Assembly (NCBI GenBank): GCA_963677435.1
Contig: OY781945.1
Coordinates: 1,344,001-1,408,000, forward strand
Source: an uncultured Aliarcobacter sp.
GTDB taxonomy: Bacteria; Campylobacterota; Campylobacteria; Campylobacterales; Arcobacteraceae
Direction of reading: 5' to 3'
DNA: 64,000 nucleotides
The notes under the pieces were generated by a model. It was not told where the DNA came from. It saw nothing but the letters and a program-made list of their open reading frames with translations, and searched no databases. The position numbers were made by a program, and so were the translations under genes. Below, one piece after another: positions 32,113-43,115 of this stretch (positions are counted from its first letter, which is position 1; each line of letters starts with the position of its first letter).

Positions 32113-32684
32113 TATGCAGTTGCTTCTGCAGCTTCTTTAGCGTATTTAAGACCTAAATCAAATGCTTTATTATTTATTTCATGTACTTTTTCAGGTACTT
32201 TTGAAAGCATTGTTTTTCTTAATACATCATTTGATACAGTTTCACCTGTAAAGTAGTTAGCCATTGCTAATGCTAAAACTGATTGAGTAATAACATTTCC
32301 TACTTCTTCTTTTGCAATTGTAATAATTGGAATCTCATAGATTTTCCATTTTTTTCTATCTTCTTCAGTTGGAGTAACAAGATTTGGCTCAACTACAATA
32401 ACTCCACCTTCTTTTACACCACTTTTAAATTGGTTATAAGAAATTTGAGCAACTGATAACATGAAATCAATTTCACCATCATTTGCATATGGATATAAAA
32501 TTTCATCATCTTGTAAAGTAATATCAACAACAGTTGGTCCACCTCTTACTTGAGATGTATAAGTAGCTGTTTTTAAACCATATCCACCATCATTAATTTT
32601 TGCAGCTGCGAAAATTGATCCTGCAAGAAGTACACCTTGTCCACCAACACCTGTAAATCTCATTAATGTTTTATTTGTTGCCAT
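32112..32684 (-). CDS. oorC: 2-oxoglutarate:acceptor oxidoreductase gamma subunit
   Basis: GVGGQG and YTSQVRGG motifs; operon position. Confidence 0.93.
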   Translation of the reverse strand: MATNKTLMRFTGVGGQGVLLAGSIFAAAKINDGGYGLKTATYTSQVRGGPTVVDITLQDDEILYPYANDGEIDFMLSVAQISYNQFKSGVKEGGVIVVEPNLVTPTEEDRKKWKIYEIPIITIAKEEVGNVITQSVLALAMANYFTGETVSNDVLRKTMLSKVPEKVHEINNKAFDLGLKYAKEAAEATA

Positions 32685-32694
32685 GTGTATCTCC

Positions 32695-33528
32695 TTATAA
32701 TTGAACCATAGTTTTATTTTTATGAGCTTCTTTTACTTTTTCATAAGCTTCACAATATTCCATTGCTTCAGTATCATGTTTTAAGATACCTGTAGGGAAA
32801 ATACCTTTTTGTTCTTCAGGCTCTAATTTATCAAATTTTGTTTTAGCCATAGAAATAGAATCAATCCATTCTAAATTTGCCATAGCAGTTGCCATTTTAT
32901 TTTTTCTTCCTAAGTTAACATGACAGTTAGAGAATACTTCAATAAATGAGAATCCTTTATGTTCAAAACCTTTAACTAAAACTCTTTCAAGTTTTTTAGG
33001 ATCAAGCATAGTTTCTCTTGCAACAAATGATGCACCTGCTGCTTCAACTAATTTACAAGCATCAAAAGTAGGGTCAATATTTCCTCTACTCATTGTAACA
33101 GTCCACATACCTTGAGGAGTTGTTGGACTTGTCTGAGAGTTAGTTAATCCATAGATGAAGTTATTGATAATAATATAATTTAAGTCAATGTTTCTTCTTG
33201 ATGCATGAATTGTATGATTTCCACCAATTGCAAGACCATCACCATCTCCACCAACAACGATAACTTTTTTATCTGGGTTAGCTAATTTAATTCCTGTTGC
33301 ATATGCTAAAGTTCTTCCATGAGTTGTGTGAACAGTATTACAGTTGATATAAGAAGAAAATCTTCCTGAACATCCAATACCTGAAACAACACAAACATCA
33401 TCCATATTCCAACCAATTTTTTCAATGGCTCTAATTACAGATTTTAAAATAACTCCATCACCACATCCCCAACACCATAGTGTTGGCATTTTGTCTGTTC
33501 TTAAATATTCATCATAATTAAATGCCAT
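32695..33528 (-). CDS. oorB: 2-oxoglutarate:acceptor oxidoreductase beta subunit
   Basis: WCWGCG, SGIGCS, HTTHGR and GDGD TPP-binding motif. Confidence 0.95.
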   Translation of the reverse strand: MAFNYDEYLRTDKMPTLWCWGCGDGVILKSVIRAIEKIGWNMDDVCVVSGIGCSGRFSSYINCNTVHTTHGRTLAYATGIKLANPDKKVIVVGGDGDGLAIGGNHTIHASRRNIDLNYIIINNFIYGLTNSQTSPTTPQGMWTVTMSRGNIDPTFDACKLVEAAGASFVARETMLDPKKLERVLVKGFEHKGFSFIEVFSNCHVNLGRKNKMATAMANLEWIDSISMAKTKFDKLEPEEQKGIFPTGILKHDTEAMEYCEAYEKVKEAHKNKTMVQL

Positions 33529-33530
33529 GA

Positions 33531-34661
33531 TTACATTCCTTTCACTTTTTCAATAATTTCTAGAGGAGATAATGGTCTACCATTTACTTTGAATAATGTA
33601 TCAAAATCTGATCTTCCAGATGCTCTTTGTACTTCATCTGCAAATTGTCCCATATTTAACTCAGTTACTAATACTTTGTCAAATTTAGTCATTAATTCTT
33701 TAATTCTTTTTGCAGGGCTTGGCCAAATTGTTAATGGTCTAAACATTCCAACTTTGATACCTTCTGCTCTCATTCTATTGATAGCTTCTGTTACACCTAA
33801 TGAAACAGAACCGTAAGCGATAATCATAATATCAGCATCTTCTAACATATACTCTTCATTTAATTCTAACTCATCTAAGTGAGCATCAACTTTATTGAAT
33901 AATCTTTTCATTAAAGCATCACACATATCAGCATCTTCAGTTGGGTGACCTGTTGGTCCATGGTGTAGACCTGTAAAGTGGTATCTATAACCTTCAAACA
34001 TTGGATTTAATACAGCAGGCTCATCAGCACCAACACCATAAGGTTTATAATCTTTTTTATCTCCAGTAAATTTTTTTCTAGAGATTTTTTGTGCTTGAAC
34101 TTCTTCTAAGTCAGGAATACTTGCTCTTCCACTCATATGACCAATTGTTTCATCTAATAAAACGAATACAGGTTGCATAAATCTATCAGCTAAGTTAAAT
34201 GCTCTTACAATTTCTGTATAACATTCTCTTAAGTTCCCAGGTACTAAAGTAATAGATTTAACATCTCCATGAGTAGGGTTTTTAGCTTGTAATAAATCAC
34301 CTTGAGCAACTCTTGTTGGTAGACCAGTTGAAGGACCACCTCTCATTACATTTACAACTACTAAAGGAACTTCAGAAATATATCCAACACCTAAGTTTTC
34401 TGCTTTTAAAGAAATACCAGGTCCTGATGTTGCAGTCATTGATCTTTTTCCAGACATTGCAGCACCAATAGCTGTACAAATTCCTGCAATTTCATCTTCC
34501 ATTTGAATACATGCATGCCCTCTAGCTGGTAATGCAGAAGAAAGTACATGCATTATTTCACTTGAAGGAGTAATAGGGTATCCACCAAAAAACTCAACAT
34601 CAGCATCAATTGCAGCTTTAGCCGCTAGCTCATTACCTGTTGAAATTATTTCTCTTGCCAT
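33531..34661 (-). CDS. oorA: 2-oxoglutarate:acceptor oxidoreductase alpha subunit
   Basis: GYPITPSSE, QMEDEI, TSGPG and RGGPSTGLPT motifs. Confidence 0.95.
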   Translation of the reverse strand: MAREIISTGNELAAKAAIDADVEFFGGYPITPSSEIMHVLSSALPARGHACIQMEDEIAGICTAIGAAMSGKRSMTATSGPGISLKAENLGVGYISEVPLVVVNVMRGGPSTGLPTRVAQGDLLQAKNPTHGDVKSITLVPGNLRECYTEIVRAFNLADRFMQPVFVLLDETIGHMSGRASIPDLEEVQAQKISRKKFTGDKKDYKPYGVGADEPAVLNPMFEGYRYHFTGLHHGPTGHPTEDADMCDALMKRLFNKVDAHLDELELNEEYMLEDADIMIIAYGSVSLGVTEAINRMRAEGIKVGMFRPLTIWPSPAKRIKELMTKFDKVLVTELNMGQFADEVQRASGRSDFDTLFKVNGRPLSPLEIIEKVKGM

Positions 34662-34670
34662 TAATTCTCC

Positions 34671-34988
34671 TTACGCCTCTAGTTCTCTATAATTATTTTT
34701 TATAACCGCTTCTCTTCTATCTTTTGCTTCATCTGTAAGTTTCGCAAATTTGAATTCTTTTTTATCAGCAACATAAATTGCAAAATCAGGACATGATAAT
34801 TCGCAATCAGTACAACCAATACATGATTCTGGGTGAACAACTTTAATCATTGAACCTAAAGTAGAATGAACTTCTTGTCTCATAGCAAGTACGCCAGCTG
34901 GACAAACTGAAACACACTTATCACATGCTTTACATCTAGCTTCGTTAACCCAAACCGGAGTATTTGCAGGAGCTTCCATATTAGACAT
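34671..34988 (-). CDS. oorD: 2-oxoglutarate:acceptor oxidoreductase ferredoxin-like subunit
   Basis: Two CxxCxxCxxxCP clusters; first gene of the oor operon. Confidence 0.93.
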   Translation of the reverse strand: MSNMEAPANTPVWVNEARCKACDKCVSVCPAGVLAMRQEVHSTLGSMIKVVHPESCIGCTDCELSCPDFAIYVADKKEFKFAKLTDEAKDRREAVIKNNYRELEA

Positions 34989-35285
34989 AATTTCTCCTTA
35001 AATTATTTTAATATCAATATTTGAAATAAACTCAATATATTATCGTCAAATAATAGCTTATAATAGTTCTAAAGATTGATTAATCCGCGTAATTTCTGTG
35101 TTGAATTTTACTCTTGTTACATTTTGCAACAAGAAAATAATATAAAATATAAACAGAATTTTAAACAATAAGTATGCTAGTTATATTTATTTAGTTTAAT
35201 ATGAAAAATTATAATTGATAATTAAATTAAAACTCATATTTATTTAACTTAGATATAATAATATTAAATTTAAAAAGGAAGATTT

Positions 35286-36002
35286 TTGGTTTTATATCAG
35301 CCTAGAAATGGCTATTGTTATAATAGTGATACACATTTTTTATATAGTTTTATCGTTGAAAATTTTAAAAAATACAAAAATATAAAAGGTGAGTTGTTAG
35401 ATATTGGAAGTGGAAGTGGAATCTTAGGTTTATTAGTTGCAAAAGATTTTGATAAATTAAAACTTAATCAGTGTGAAATACAAAAAATGTTTCAATTTTT
35501 CACAACAAAAAATTCTTTCACTAATAAAATAGATTCTAATTTATATGAAGGTTCTTATGAACATATTGAATTTGGTAAGAGGTTTGATATTTGTATCTCA
35601 AATCCACCTTTTTACCATTGTGATGTGATAAAAAGTGATAATAAAAGTTTAAAAATTGCAAGATATAATGACTCTTTACCGCTTGAAATATTCATTAAAA
35701 AAACAGCAAGTATTTTAAATAGTGAGGGAAAATTCTTTTTTTGTTATGATGTAAAACAGATAAATGAGATATTATTATTGTTAAATAAATATAAATTTAA
35801 CTTAGAAGCTTTGCAGTTTGTCCATCCAAAAGAGTCAAAAGAAGCAACTTTAGTTTTAGTTTATGCAAAAAGAAATTCTAAATCATTAACAAAAATATTA
35901 AAACCATTGATAGTTTTTGATAAAAATAATGAATTTACTTCTGAAGTGCAAGGGATATATAAAAAATCCTCTACACATAGTATAAAGGTTGATATTGAGT
36001 AA
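35286..36002 (+). CDS. SAM-dependent methyltransferase (tRNA1Val A37 N6-methyltransferase-like)
   Basis: YQP..GYCYNSD, LDIGSGSG and SNPPFY motifs. Confidence 0.8.
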   Translation: MVLYQPRNGYCYNSDTHFLYSFIVENFKKYKNIKGELLDIGSGSGILGLLVAKDFDKLKLNQCEIQKMFQFFTTKNSFTNKIDSNLYEGSYEHIEFGKRFDICISNPPFYHCDVIKSDNKSLKIARYNDSLPLEIFIKKTASILNSEGKFFFCYDVKQINEILLLLNKYKFNLEALQFVHPKESKEATLVLVYAKRNSKSLTKILKPLIVFDKNNEFTSEVQGIYKKSSTHSIKVDIE

Positions 36003-36378
36003 TTTAGTTAAAAAAGATGGCTTTAATTTTGCTTTTGAGCCCAGTGGCTGTGATAGTTGCAAAGGTAATTGTTGTATCGGTGAGAGTGGTTATATTTGGA
36101 TAAATTCACAAGAAATTGAAGCCTTGGCTTTGCATAAAAAAATTTCTAGTGAAGATTTAAAAAAAAGATATTTAAATAAAATCGCCTACAAATATAGTAT
36201 AAAAGAGATACAATTAGCTTCAAACAATTATGCGTGTTGTTTCTTTGATTTGGATAAAAGACAATGTTCTATTTATGAAGTAAGACCAAATCAATGTAGA
36301 ACTTTCCCATTTTGGGACTATTTTAAAGAAAATGAAGAAGAGGTTTACAAAGAGTGCCCAGCTATAAAAAATCTTTAA
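35989..36378 (+). CDS. YkgJ-family cysteine cluster protein
   Basis: CDSCKGNCC and CSIYEVRPNQCRTFPFW motifs. Confidence 0.85.
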   Translation: MILSNLVKKDGFNFAFEPSGCDSCKGNCCIGESGYIWINSQEIEALALHKKISSEDLKKRYLNKIAYKYSIKEIQLASNNYACCFFDLDKRQCSIYEVRPNQCRTFPFWDYFKENEEEVYKECPAIKNL

Positions 36379-37670
36379 TCCTTTGTTTTTTTTTACTACT
36401 TTTTAGTGCTTGTAGTAATAAAACATTAGAATTAGAAAATAAAAAAACAGAAAAAATTAAATTTGTTGAAGTAAAAACTAAAAGTTTTGATTTAGAAAAT
36501 CAATATATTATATTAGCTTTAGAATCTGAAAACCAAAGATTATATTATGATGCAAGAGAGTTATATTTAAGATTATTTAGTAATACAAATAACTATGAAT
36601 ATTTTGTTAAATATATTGCAATATCTACAAATATTAAAGATTATAAATCAGTAAAAGAAAAAGTTGCAAAATATTATTTAGATAATATACCACAAGAAGA
36701 GATGATTTTAAGATTATATACTTTTTCATTATTTAAATTATCAGAAAGTAAAGATGCATTATTAAATGGTCAAAAACTTGTTAATTTATATCCAAATGAT
36801 GTAAATTTTGAACTTCTTGGAACAATATATTTGCAACAAAAAGATTATCTAAAAGCTTATGAATTTTTTGAAAAAGCATTTAATATAAATAATTCAGCAA
36901 ATACTTTTCTTAATTTGACAAATATTCAATATTTTAGTTTAAATCAAAAAGATGAAGCAATAAAAAGAATTGAAGAGTATATAAAAGTTAATGGATATGA
37001 TTTTAATTTATGTATGCAACTTTTATCTTTTTATGACAAAGAGAAAAAGAGTGATAAATTAATTTTACTTTTAAAACAAATGTATTTTGATTACAAAAAA
37101 AATAATGAAACTTTGATGTTAAGTAAAACAAAAATTTTATTAATAAAGTATATTGCAAAAGATAATGTAGGTAAAGCTATAGAATTTTTAGAACAAAATA
37201 ATGAACAAGATGAAATTTTATTAAATCTTTACCGAATCACAAATCAACCACAAAAAGCTTATGATTTATTAGGTGAATTATATAAAAAGTCAGATAATTT
37301 AGATTATTTAGCACAACAAGCAATTATTCAATTTGAAATGGCTGAAGATAAAAAAACAGTTTTAAGTGCTGTTACAGCTAAATTTGAAAAAGTTTTAGAA
37401 ACTGTAGATAATCATGTATATGAAAATTATTTAGCTTATATATTAATTGATTTTGATATAGATGTAAAAAGAGGATTAGTTTTAGTAAAAAAAGCATTAA
37501 TAAAAGATCCAACTAATGTAGCTTATCTTGATACCTTAGCTTGGGGTGAATATAAAATTAAAAATTGTAAAGATGCTAATAAACAAATGAAAAAAGTTGT
37601 TGACGAAATCGGATTAGATGATAGTGAAATAAAATTACATTGGGAAAAAATTAAGGAGTGTAAAAAGTGA
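36354..37670 (+). CDS. TPR-repeat lipoprotein
   Basis: Lipobox LFSAC; TPR-like NYLAY and YLDTLAWG segments. Confidence 0.75.
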   Translation: MPSYKKSLILCFFLLLFSACSNKTLELENKKTEKIKFVEVKTKSFDLENQYIILALESENQRLYYDARELYLRLFSNTNNYEYFVKYIAISTNIKDYKSVKEKVAKYYLDNIPQEEMILRLYTFSLFKLSESKDALLNGQKLVNLYPNDVNFELLGTIYLQQKDYLKAYEFFEKAFNINNSANTFLNLTNIQYFSLNQKDEAIKRIEEYIKVNGYDFNLCMQLLSFYDKEKKSDKLILLLKQMYFDYKKNNETLMLSKTKILLIKYIAKDNVGKAIEFLEQNNEQDEILLNLYRITNQPQKAYDLLGELYKKSDNLDYLAQQAIIQFEMAEDKKTVLSAVTAKFEKVLETVDNHVYENYLAYILIDFDIDVKRGLVLVKKALIKDPTNVAYLDTLAWGEYKIKNCKDANKQMKKVVDEIGLDDSEIKLHWEKIKECKK

Positions 37671-38458
37671 TTTTAGATGAGATTATAGAAAAAACAAAAG
37701 AAGATTTAGAAAAGAGAAAAAAAGAGATAACATTGGATTTATTAGGAAGAACTTTATCTTCAAATCCATATGCTCCAAGGGATGTAAAACCTTTTCTAAT
37801 TTCTACAAAAGAAGAACCAATTAGAATTATCGCTGAGGTAAAAAAAGCAAGTCCTAGTAAGGGAATAATCAAAGAAGATTTTGATCCAATTTTAATTGCA
37901 CAAGCTTATAGTAATAGTGGAGCAAATGCGATTTCTGTTTTAACTGAACCTCACTATTTTCAAGGTAATTTAGAGTATTTAACTCAAATTAGAAGATTTG
38001 TTCCAACGCCACTTTTAAGAAAAGATTTTATTGTTGATAAATATCAAATTGTTGAAGCTTTAGTTTATGGGGCTGATTTTATTTTACTTATTGCAAAAGC
38101 CTTAAGTACAAAAGAGCTAAAAGAACTTTATGAATATGCAATTCATTTAGGACTTGAAGTTTTAGTTGAAATTCATGATAAAGAAGATTTAACAAAAGCT
38201 ATAAAATCTGGAGCTACAATTATTGGAATAAATCATAGAAATCTTGATACTTTTGAAATGGATATGACTTTATGTGATAAATTAATTCCATTAATTCCAA
38301 ATGGAAAAATTATTGTTGCTGAATCAGGTGTTTCTGATATTGAAGTAATAAAAAGATTAAATTCAATTGGAGCAGATGCTTTTTTAATTGGTGAGCATTT
38401 TATGAGAGTTCCAAGTATTGAAGATGAATTAAAAAAATTCAAAAACGCTTGTAACTAA
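37667..38458 (+). CDS. trpC: Indole-3-glycerol phosphate synthase
   Basis: [22 protein letters not shown] and VAESG motifs. Confidence 0.97.
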   Translation: MILDEIIEKTKEDLEKRKKEITLDLLGRTLSSNPYAPRDVKPFLISTKEEPIRIIAEVKKASPSKGIIKEDFDPILIAQAYSNSGANAISVLTEPHYFQGNLEYLTQIRRFVPTPLLRKDFIVDKYQIVEALVYGADFILLIAKALSTKELKELYEYAIHLGLEVLVEIHDKEDLTKAIKSGATIIGINHRNLDTFEMDMTLCDKLIPLIPNGKIIVAESGVSDIEVIKRLNSIGADAFLIGEHFMRVPSIEDELKKFKNACN

Positions 38459-38467
38459 AAACTTTAT

Positions 38468-39298
38468 TTAAAAGATAAACTCTTTTAAATAAGTTTCTAT
38501 TTTTGGAATATTATCTTTTCTACAAACCAAACAAGTTGGCATATTTGCCAATTGTTCTGGTAAATTTATTATCTTTAAATCTTTTTCATATTTTAATTTT
38601 TTTATTATACTTAAAGGCAATAAACTTTTTCCCATTCCAGCTTTTACACAACCTAAAATAGTTTCATAATTACCAAATTCAAAATTCCTAAAGTTTTCAT
38701 CAGAGAGTTCTCTTAAGTAGTTTTGTCCAAACTCATTGTAAGCACAACCATTTTTAAAAGATAAAAAAACATTTGGACAGTTTTCATTTTTCGGTTCTAC
38801 TAAAACAATTTTTTCATCAATTTTATTTAAAATTATCAAATCATCATTTTTAGGTTCACCACTAACAAAAGCAACATCAACTTTATAATCAAGCAGTTCT
38901 TTTGTAATTTCTCTTGTAGTATTTGTGATTAACTCTAAACTTGTATTTGGAAAATCATTATGAAGTTGTAGTAAAAAAGGCACAATTCTTGTTGATGCAT
39001 TTGATTCTGTTGAGCCAACAATTAGATGTTCTTGCTTATTTATATTTTTCATATCATAGGTAGCTTCTTTTACTTTTTTTACAATTTCTATGGCATAAGG
39101 ATAGAGTTTTTCTCCCTCTTTGCTTAAAATTACACCTTTTGGAACCCTATGAAATAGAGGAAATCCTAAAGACTTTTCAAGTTGTTTTATTCTTGATGTT
39201 ACATTTGATTGGGCAAATTCCAATTTAGTTGCAGCTTTTGTGATACTTTTTTCTCGAGCTACTTCTACAAAAACTTTTAATAAATTTGAATCCATCAT
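38468..39298 (-). CDS. LysR-family transcriptional regulator
   Basis: SITKAA..L..AQSNVTSRIKQLE HTH plus substrate-binding domain. Confidence 0.95.
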   Translation of the reverse strand: MMDSNLLKVFVEVAREKSITKAATKLEFAQSNVTSRIKQLEKSLGFPLFHRVPKGVILSKEGEKLYPYAIEIVKKVKEATYDMKNINKQEHLIVGSTESNASTRIVPFLLQLHNDFPNTSLELITNTTREITKELLDYKVDVAFVSGEPKNDDLIILNKIDEKIVLVEPKNENCPNVFLSFKNGCAYNEFGQNYLRELSDENFRNFEFGNYETILGCVKAGMGKSLLPLSIIKKLKYEKDLKIINLPEQLANMPTCLVCRKDNIPKIETYLKEFIF

Positions 39299-39308
39299 CT
39301 TTCCTTAT

Positions 39309-39359
39309 ATCATCAATCATGATTTAATATTTGACTTAATATCATTTATAGTGATATTA
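39309..39359. promoter_or_regulatory. Two LysR-type T-N11-A boxes
   Basis: ATCA-N7-TGAT at 39309-23 and perfect TAATATCA-N7-TGATATTA at 39337-59 in the divergent intergenic region. Confidence 0.7.
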
Positions 39360-39382
39360 TACATAAATACTAAGGAGAGAGT

Positions 39383-40567
39383 ATGCAAAAGATAAATTTA
39401 TTAGACAAAAATTCAAATGTAGCTATTTTACTTGCTGGAATTATTGCACTAATTATTGGTGTGGGAGTTGCAAGATTTGTTTTTACATCATTATTGCCAC
39501 CAATGTTAGAAGATTATTTAACTATTAGTTTTGCAGGGGTTTTAGCATCTATTAATTATGTAGGATATTTAGCAGGTTCAATTTTCGCTGTTTTTATAAA
39601 AGATATAAATACAAAAGTAAAATTTTTTAGATTAGGTATGTTTTTAGCGGTTTTAACAACCCTCATACTTGGAGTTACTACTTCTGAGACTCTGTGGATA
39701 ATATCAAGAGTTCTTGCAGGATTTGGGGCTGCTATGGCTTTGGTTGTGGGTTCTGCAATTGTTATGAATAAACTTAATATCCAAAATAAAACAAAAGCTA
39801 TGGGAATACATTTTTCAGGAATAGGCTTTTCAATTTTAGTAAGTGACCTAATAGTTAGAATTGTATTTCATTTTAATGGAACATGGCAGTTTGCTTGGGT
39901 TGTTTTAGCACTTTTTGCTTTTGTGTTGTCATTTTATTCTATGTACATTTTGTCATATGATAAAGAGGTAAAACAAAATAGTGTAAAACATCATATTGAT
40001 AAATCTCTATTTTCACCTTTTGTAATTATCTTGATTATGGCGTATTTTTGTGAGGGTGTGGGAATGGTTGTTCAAGGAACTTTTTTACCTGATATTATAA
40101 ACTCATTAAAAGGACTTGAGGGATTTGGAAGTTTTACTTGGACTTTAGTTGGACTTGCTGGAATTCCCTCTTGTATTATTTGGATGATGTTAGCTCATAA
40201 ATATGGAAGTGTAAATATAATTATTTTAGCAATGTTTTTGCAAGTTATAGGAATTATGATTTCAGCTTTAACAAATAATGTCTATCTAAATCTATTTTCA
40301 GGAGTTTTATATGGTGGAACTTTTGTGGGACTTGTTGCGTTATTTATGAATCTTGGTGGAAAACTTGCAGGAAATAATCCTGTAATGTTAATGGGAGCAT
40401 TAACTACAGCTTATGGAATAGGGCAGGTTACTGCACCACTTTATAGTGTAGCTTTAATCGAACACTTTAAAACTTATGACTATGCTTTATATTTAACAGC
40501 ATTTATAGTTTTTGGTGGAATTGTATTATTACTATTAACAAAAATATTTAAATTAAAAGGAGAATAA
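39383..40567 (+). CDS. YbfB/YjiJ family MFS transporter
   Basis: GVARFVFTSLLP, LASINYVGYLAG and YGIGQVTAP motifs. Confidence 0.85.
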   Translation: MQKINLLDKNSNVAILLAGIIALIIGVGVARFVFTSLLPPMLEDYLTISFAGVLASINYVGYLAGSIFAVFIKDINTKVKFFRLGMFLAVLTTLILGVTTSETLWIISRVLAGFGAAMALVVGSAIVMNKLNIQNKTKAMGIHFSGIGFSILVSDLIVRIVFHFNGTWQFAWVVLALFAFVLSFYSMYILSYDKEVKQNSVKHHIDKSLFSPFVIILIMAYFCEGVGMVVQGTFLPDIINSLKGLEGFGSFTWTLVGLAGIPSCIIWMMLAHKYGSVNIIILAMFLQVIGIMISALTNNVYLNLFSGVLYGGTFVGLVALFMNLGGKLAGNNPVMLMGALTTAYGIGQVTAPLYSVALIEHFKTYDYALYLTAFIVFGGIVLLLLTKIFKLKGE

Positions 40568-40783
40568 ATGCCATTAATAAATGTAAAAATGACCCATGAA
40601 GATGGAGGAGCTACAAAAGAGCAAAAAGAAGAGTTAGCACAAGGTATAACTGAACTTTTTGCTAAAATATTTAATGGTCGTGGTGCTTCTAGTGCTGTTG
40701 TGATTATTGAAGAAGTTAGTACTGATAATTATGCAATAGGTGGAAAAACAATAACGCAAATAAGAAGTGAAGCTAAGAAATAA
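40568..40783 (+). CDS. 4-oxalocrotonate tautomerase family protein
   Basis: N-terminal Pro (MPLINVK), EQKEEL and VVIIEEV...YAIGG; 71 aa. Confidence 0.9.
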   Translation: MPLINVKMTHEDGGATKEQKEELAQGITELFAKIFNGRGASSAVVIIEEVSTDNYAIGGKTITQIRSEAKK

Positions 40784-40795
40784 AAAGTATTTGAT

Positions 40796-40824
40796 TTTAA
40801 AGAGTAGAAAATCTACTCTTTAAA
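40796..40824. terminator. Bidirectional terminator overlapping the yggS stop
   Basis: TTTAAAGAGTAGA-AAA-TCTACTCTTTAAA. Confidence 0.75.
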
Positions 40825-41493
40825 TAAAGAAGAACCAACTCTAATCATATTTGATCCACTTGCAATTGCTAGTTCAAAATCACTACTCATTCCCATAGAA
40901 CAATATTTTGCTCCAAAAGGAACTAATTCATCATAGATCTTTTTTGTTGTTTTAAAAGAGTCTTTTATAACTTTTTCATCTTCCACATGTGCTCCAATAC
41001 TCATAACACCTTTTAGGATGATATTTGGGCAAAGTTCTATTATTTGTTTATAAATTTCAACTGCATTTTCAGGAAGAACTCCTGATTTTGTCTCTTCATA
41101 GGCTGAATTTATTTGAAGTAGGGCAGATAGTTTTTTATTTTTAGCTTCAAGTTTTTTATTTAATTCAAGTGCTAAATCTAAAGAGTCTAAAGAGTGAACT
41201 AAAGTAGGATTTAAATCAATTAGATTATTTATTTTATTTTTTTGTAAACTTCCTATAAAATGCCACTCTATTGGTAAATCATCTAAAACTTCAGATTTTT
41301 CTTTTAAATCTTGTACTTTATTTTCTCCAAAAGCTCTTTGACCTGCTTCATATAAAGTTTTTACATCATCTGCTGTTGAGTATTTTGAAACACCAATTAT
41401 TTTTACAATATGATGCTCCGAAATTCTAAGTCTTGCACCTTCAACTTTTGTGATTATTTCATCTAAATTTTTTGTTGCTGATAATTTATTCAT
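40813..41493 (-). CDS. yggS: PLP homeostasis protein YggS
   Basis: VSKY, FGENKVQ, WHFIG.LQ.NK, SMGMSSD and RVGS motifs. Confidence 0.95.
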   Translation of the reverse strand: MNKLSATKNLDEIITKVEGARLRISEHHIVKIIGVSKYSTADDVKTLYEAGQRAFGENKVQDLKEKSEVLDDLPIEWHFIGSLQKNKINNLIDLNPTLVHSLDSLDLALELNKKLEAKNKKLSALLQINSAYEETKSGVLPENAVEIYKQIIELCPNIILKGVMSIGAHVEDEKVIKDSFKTTKKIYDELVPFGAKYCSMGMSSDFELAIASGSNMIRVGSSLFKE

Positions 41494-41502
41494 TTGTTTT
41501 AC

Positions 41503-42561
41503 CTAATTATTTAAAAAGATTCTGTTAATATCATTATAAATTCCAAGAAGCATTAAACTTCCTAAAATTACCCAACCCATGATTGTTAAAAACATAAATA
41601 CACGATCACTTGGTTTTCTTCTTGTAATCATTTCATATAGATTAAACATGATATGACCACCATCAAGGGCTGGAATTGGAAGAAGATTTAAAACTCCAAG
41701 GTTTACTGAAATTAGTGCAGTTATAGCAAATAAAGCAATAATTGAAGATTCACTTGCATCTGAAATCACTTTTCCAATTGAGATAACTCCACCTACTTCA
41801 CTGCTTGGAATAGCACCTTGAATTAGTTTTTGAACACCTTGAAAAATCATGCTTGAAGATAGAAGAGTTTTTTCATAAGCATAAACTAAAGATTCCCCAA
41901 AAGACAAGTCAAGTTTTATGATTTTTCCAGATGGTGAAATTCCTATCATTCTTTTTTTGATTTTTTCTTTAAACATATTTTCACTATCAGAGATATAAGG
42001 ATTTATCGTTTTTGCAATAATTACACCATCTCTTTTAATGAAAAATTTTAAAGCTCCATCAGAATTTACAATAGTTTTTCCTATTTCATCCCAAGATTTT
42101 ATTTCTGTGTCATTTATTTTTATAATTTCATCTTTAGGAAGAATTCCTGCTTGAAATGCTGGTGAATTTTCTTGAACTTGCCCAACTTGTGCTGCCCAAG
42201 TAGTTGCACCCATCATTGCAATACTAAAGTATAAAATAGCTGCTAAAATAAAGTTTGCAAAAGGCCCTGCAAATAGTATAATTATTCTTTGCCAAGGTTT
42301 TTTAGTATTATATGAATCATTACCATCTTCAATTAAAGAGGGTTTTGAATCATCTTGCCCTTTCATCTTTACATATCCACCAAGTGGAACTAGTGCAAAT
42401 TGCCAAGTTGTTCCCATCCACTCTTTTGCATATAATTGTTTACCAAAACCAATTGAAAATACATAAACTTTTACCCCAAAATAACGAGCTGCTAAAAAGT
42501 GTCCAAGTTCATGGAAAAAAACTAAAAATGATAAAACAAGTAAAAAAGTAATAGTACCCAA
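41503..42561 (-). CDS. rseP: RIP metalloprotease RseP
   Basis: HELGH, PDZ domain and NLLPIPALDGG motif. Confidence 0.95.
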   Translation of the reverse strand: MGTITFLLVLSFLVFFHELGHFLAARYFGVKVYVFSIGFGKQLYAKEWMGTTWQFALVPLGGYVKMKGQDDSKPSLIEDGNDSYNTKKPWQRIIILFAGPFANFILAAILYFSIAMMGATTWAAQVGQVQENSPAFQAGILPKDEIIKINDTEIKSWDEIGKTIVNSDGALKFFIKRDGVIIAKTINPYISDSENMFKEKIKKRMIGISPSGKIIKLDLSFGESLVYAYEKTLLSSSMIFQGVQKLIQGAIPSSEVGGVISIGKVISDASESSIIALFAITALISVNLGVLNLLPIPALDGGHIMFNLYEMITRRKPSDRVFMFLTIMGWVILGSLMLLGIYNDINRIFLNN

Positions 42562-42570
42562 AAAAAGCCT

Positions 42571-43115
42571 TTAATTTTTGAAATAATCTCTTGTATATTC
42601 ATATCCTGAATATATTGTTAAAATAACAGCTAACCATAAAATCTCTGTTGCAAATGGCCAATTCATTGTTAAAAATCCAATAGCAATCATTTGAATTACA
42701 GTTTTTATTTTTCCAGCCATTGTAGAAGCTACATCTTTACCTTCACTTACAGCTACAACTCTAAGTCCTGTGATAAAAAATTCTCTTGAAAGTATTAAAA
42801 ATACAGCCCACGCTGAAGCTCTATTTATTACTATAAGACCTATAAAACCAGCAAGTACAAGCATTTATCTGCAAGTGGATCTAATATTCCACCTAATTTT
42901 GTCATTTGGTTCCAGTTTCTAGCAATAAAACCATCGAAAAAATCAGTAACAGAAGCTATAACAAAAATAAGTCCAGCAAAGAAATCTAGCCACGAAGGAT
43001 GCCATGAAGCAAAAATAGGATTGTTTCTATCTATAAAAAACCATAGCATTAGCGGAGCTAATGCTATTCTAAAAAGTGCCAAAATATTTGGTAGATTTAG
43101 TGCTTTTGATGACAT
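42571..43115 (-). pseudogene. pgsA: CDP-diacylglycerol--glycerol-3-phosphate 3-phosphatidyltransferase, frameshifted (probably a sequencing error)
   Basis: Two overlapping ORFs join into one PgsA (DFFDGFIAR...GGILDPLADK + MLVLAGF...SREFFITGLR...GKIKT) if one A is restored at 42864-66. Confidence 0.9.

Noticed and set aside
42855..42875. Programmed frameshift or phase variation in pgsA
   Set aside because: Only an A3 run; no slippery heptamer or long homopolymer
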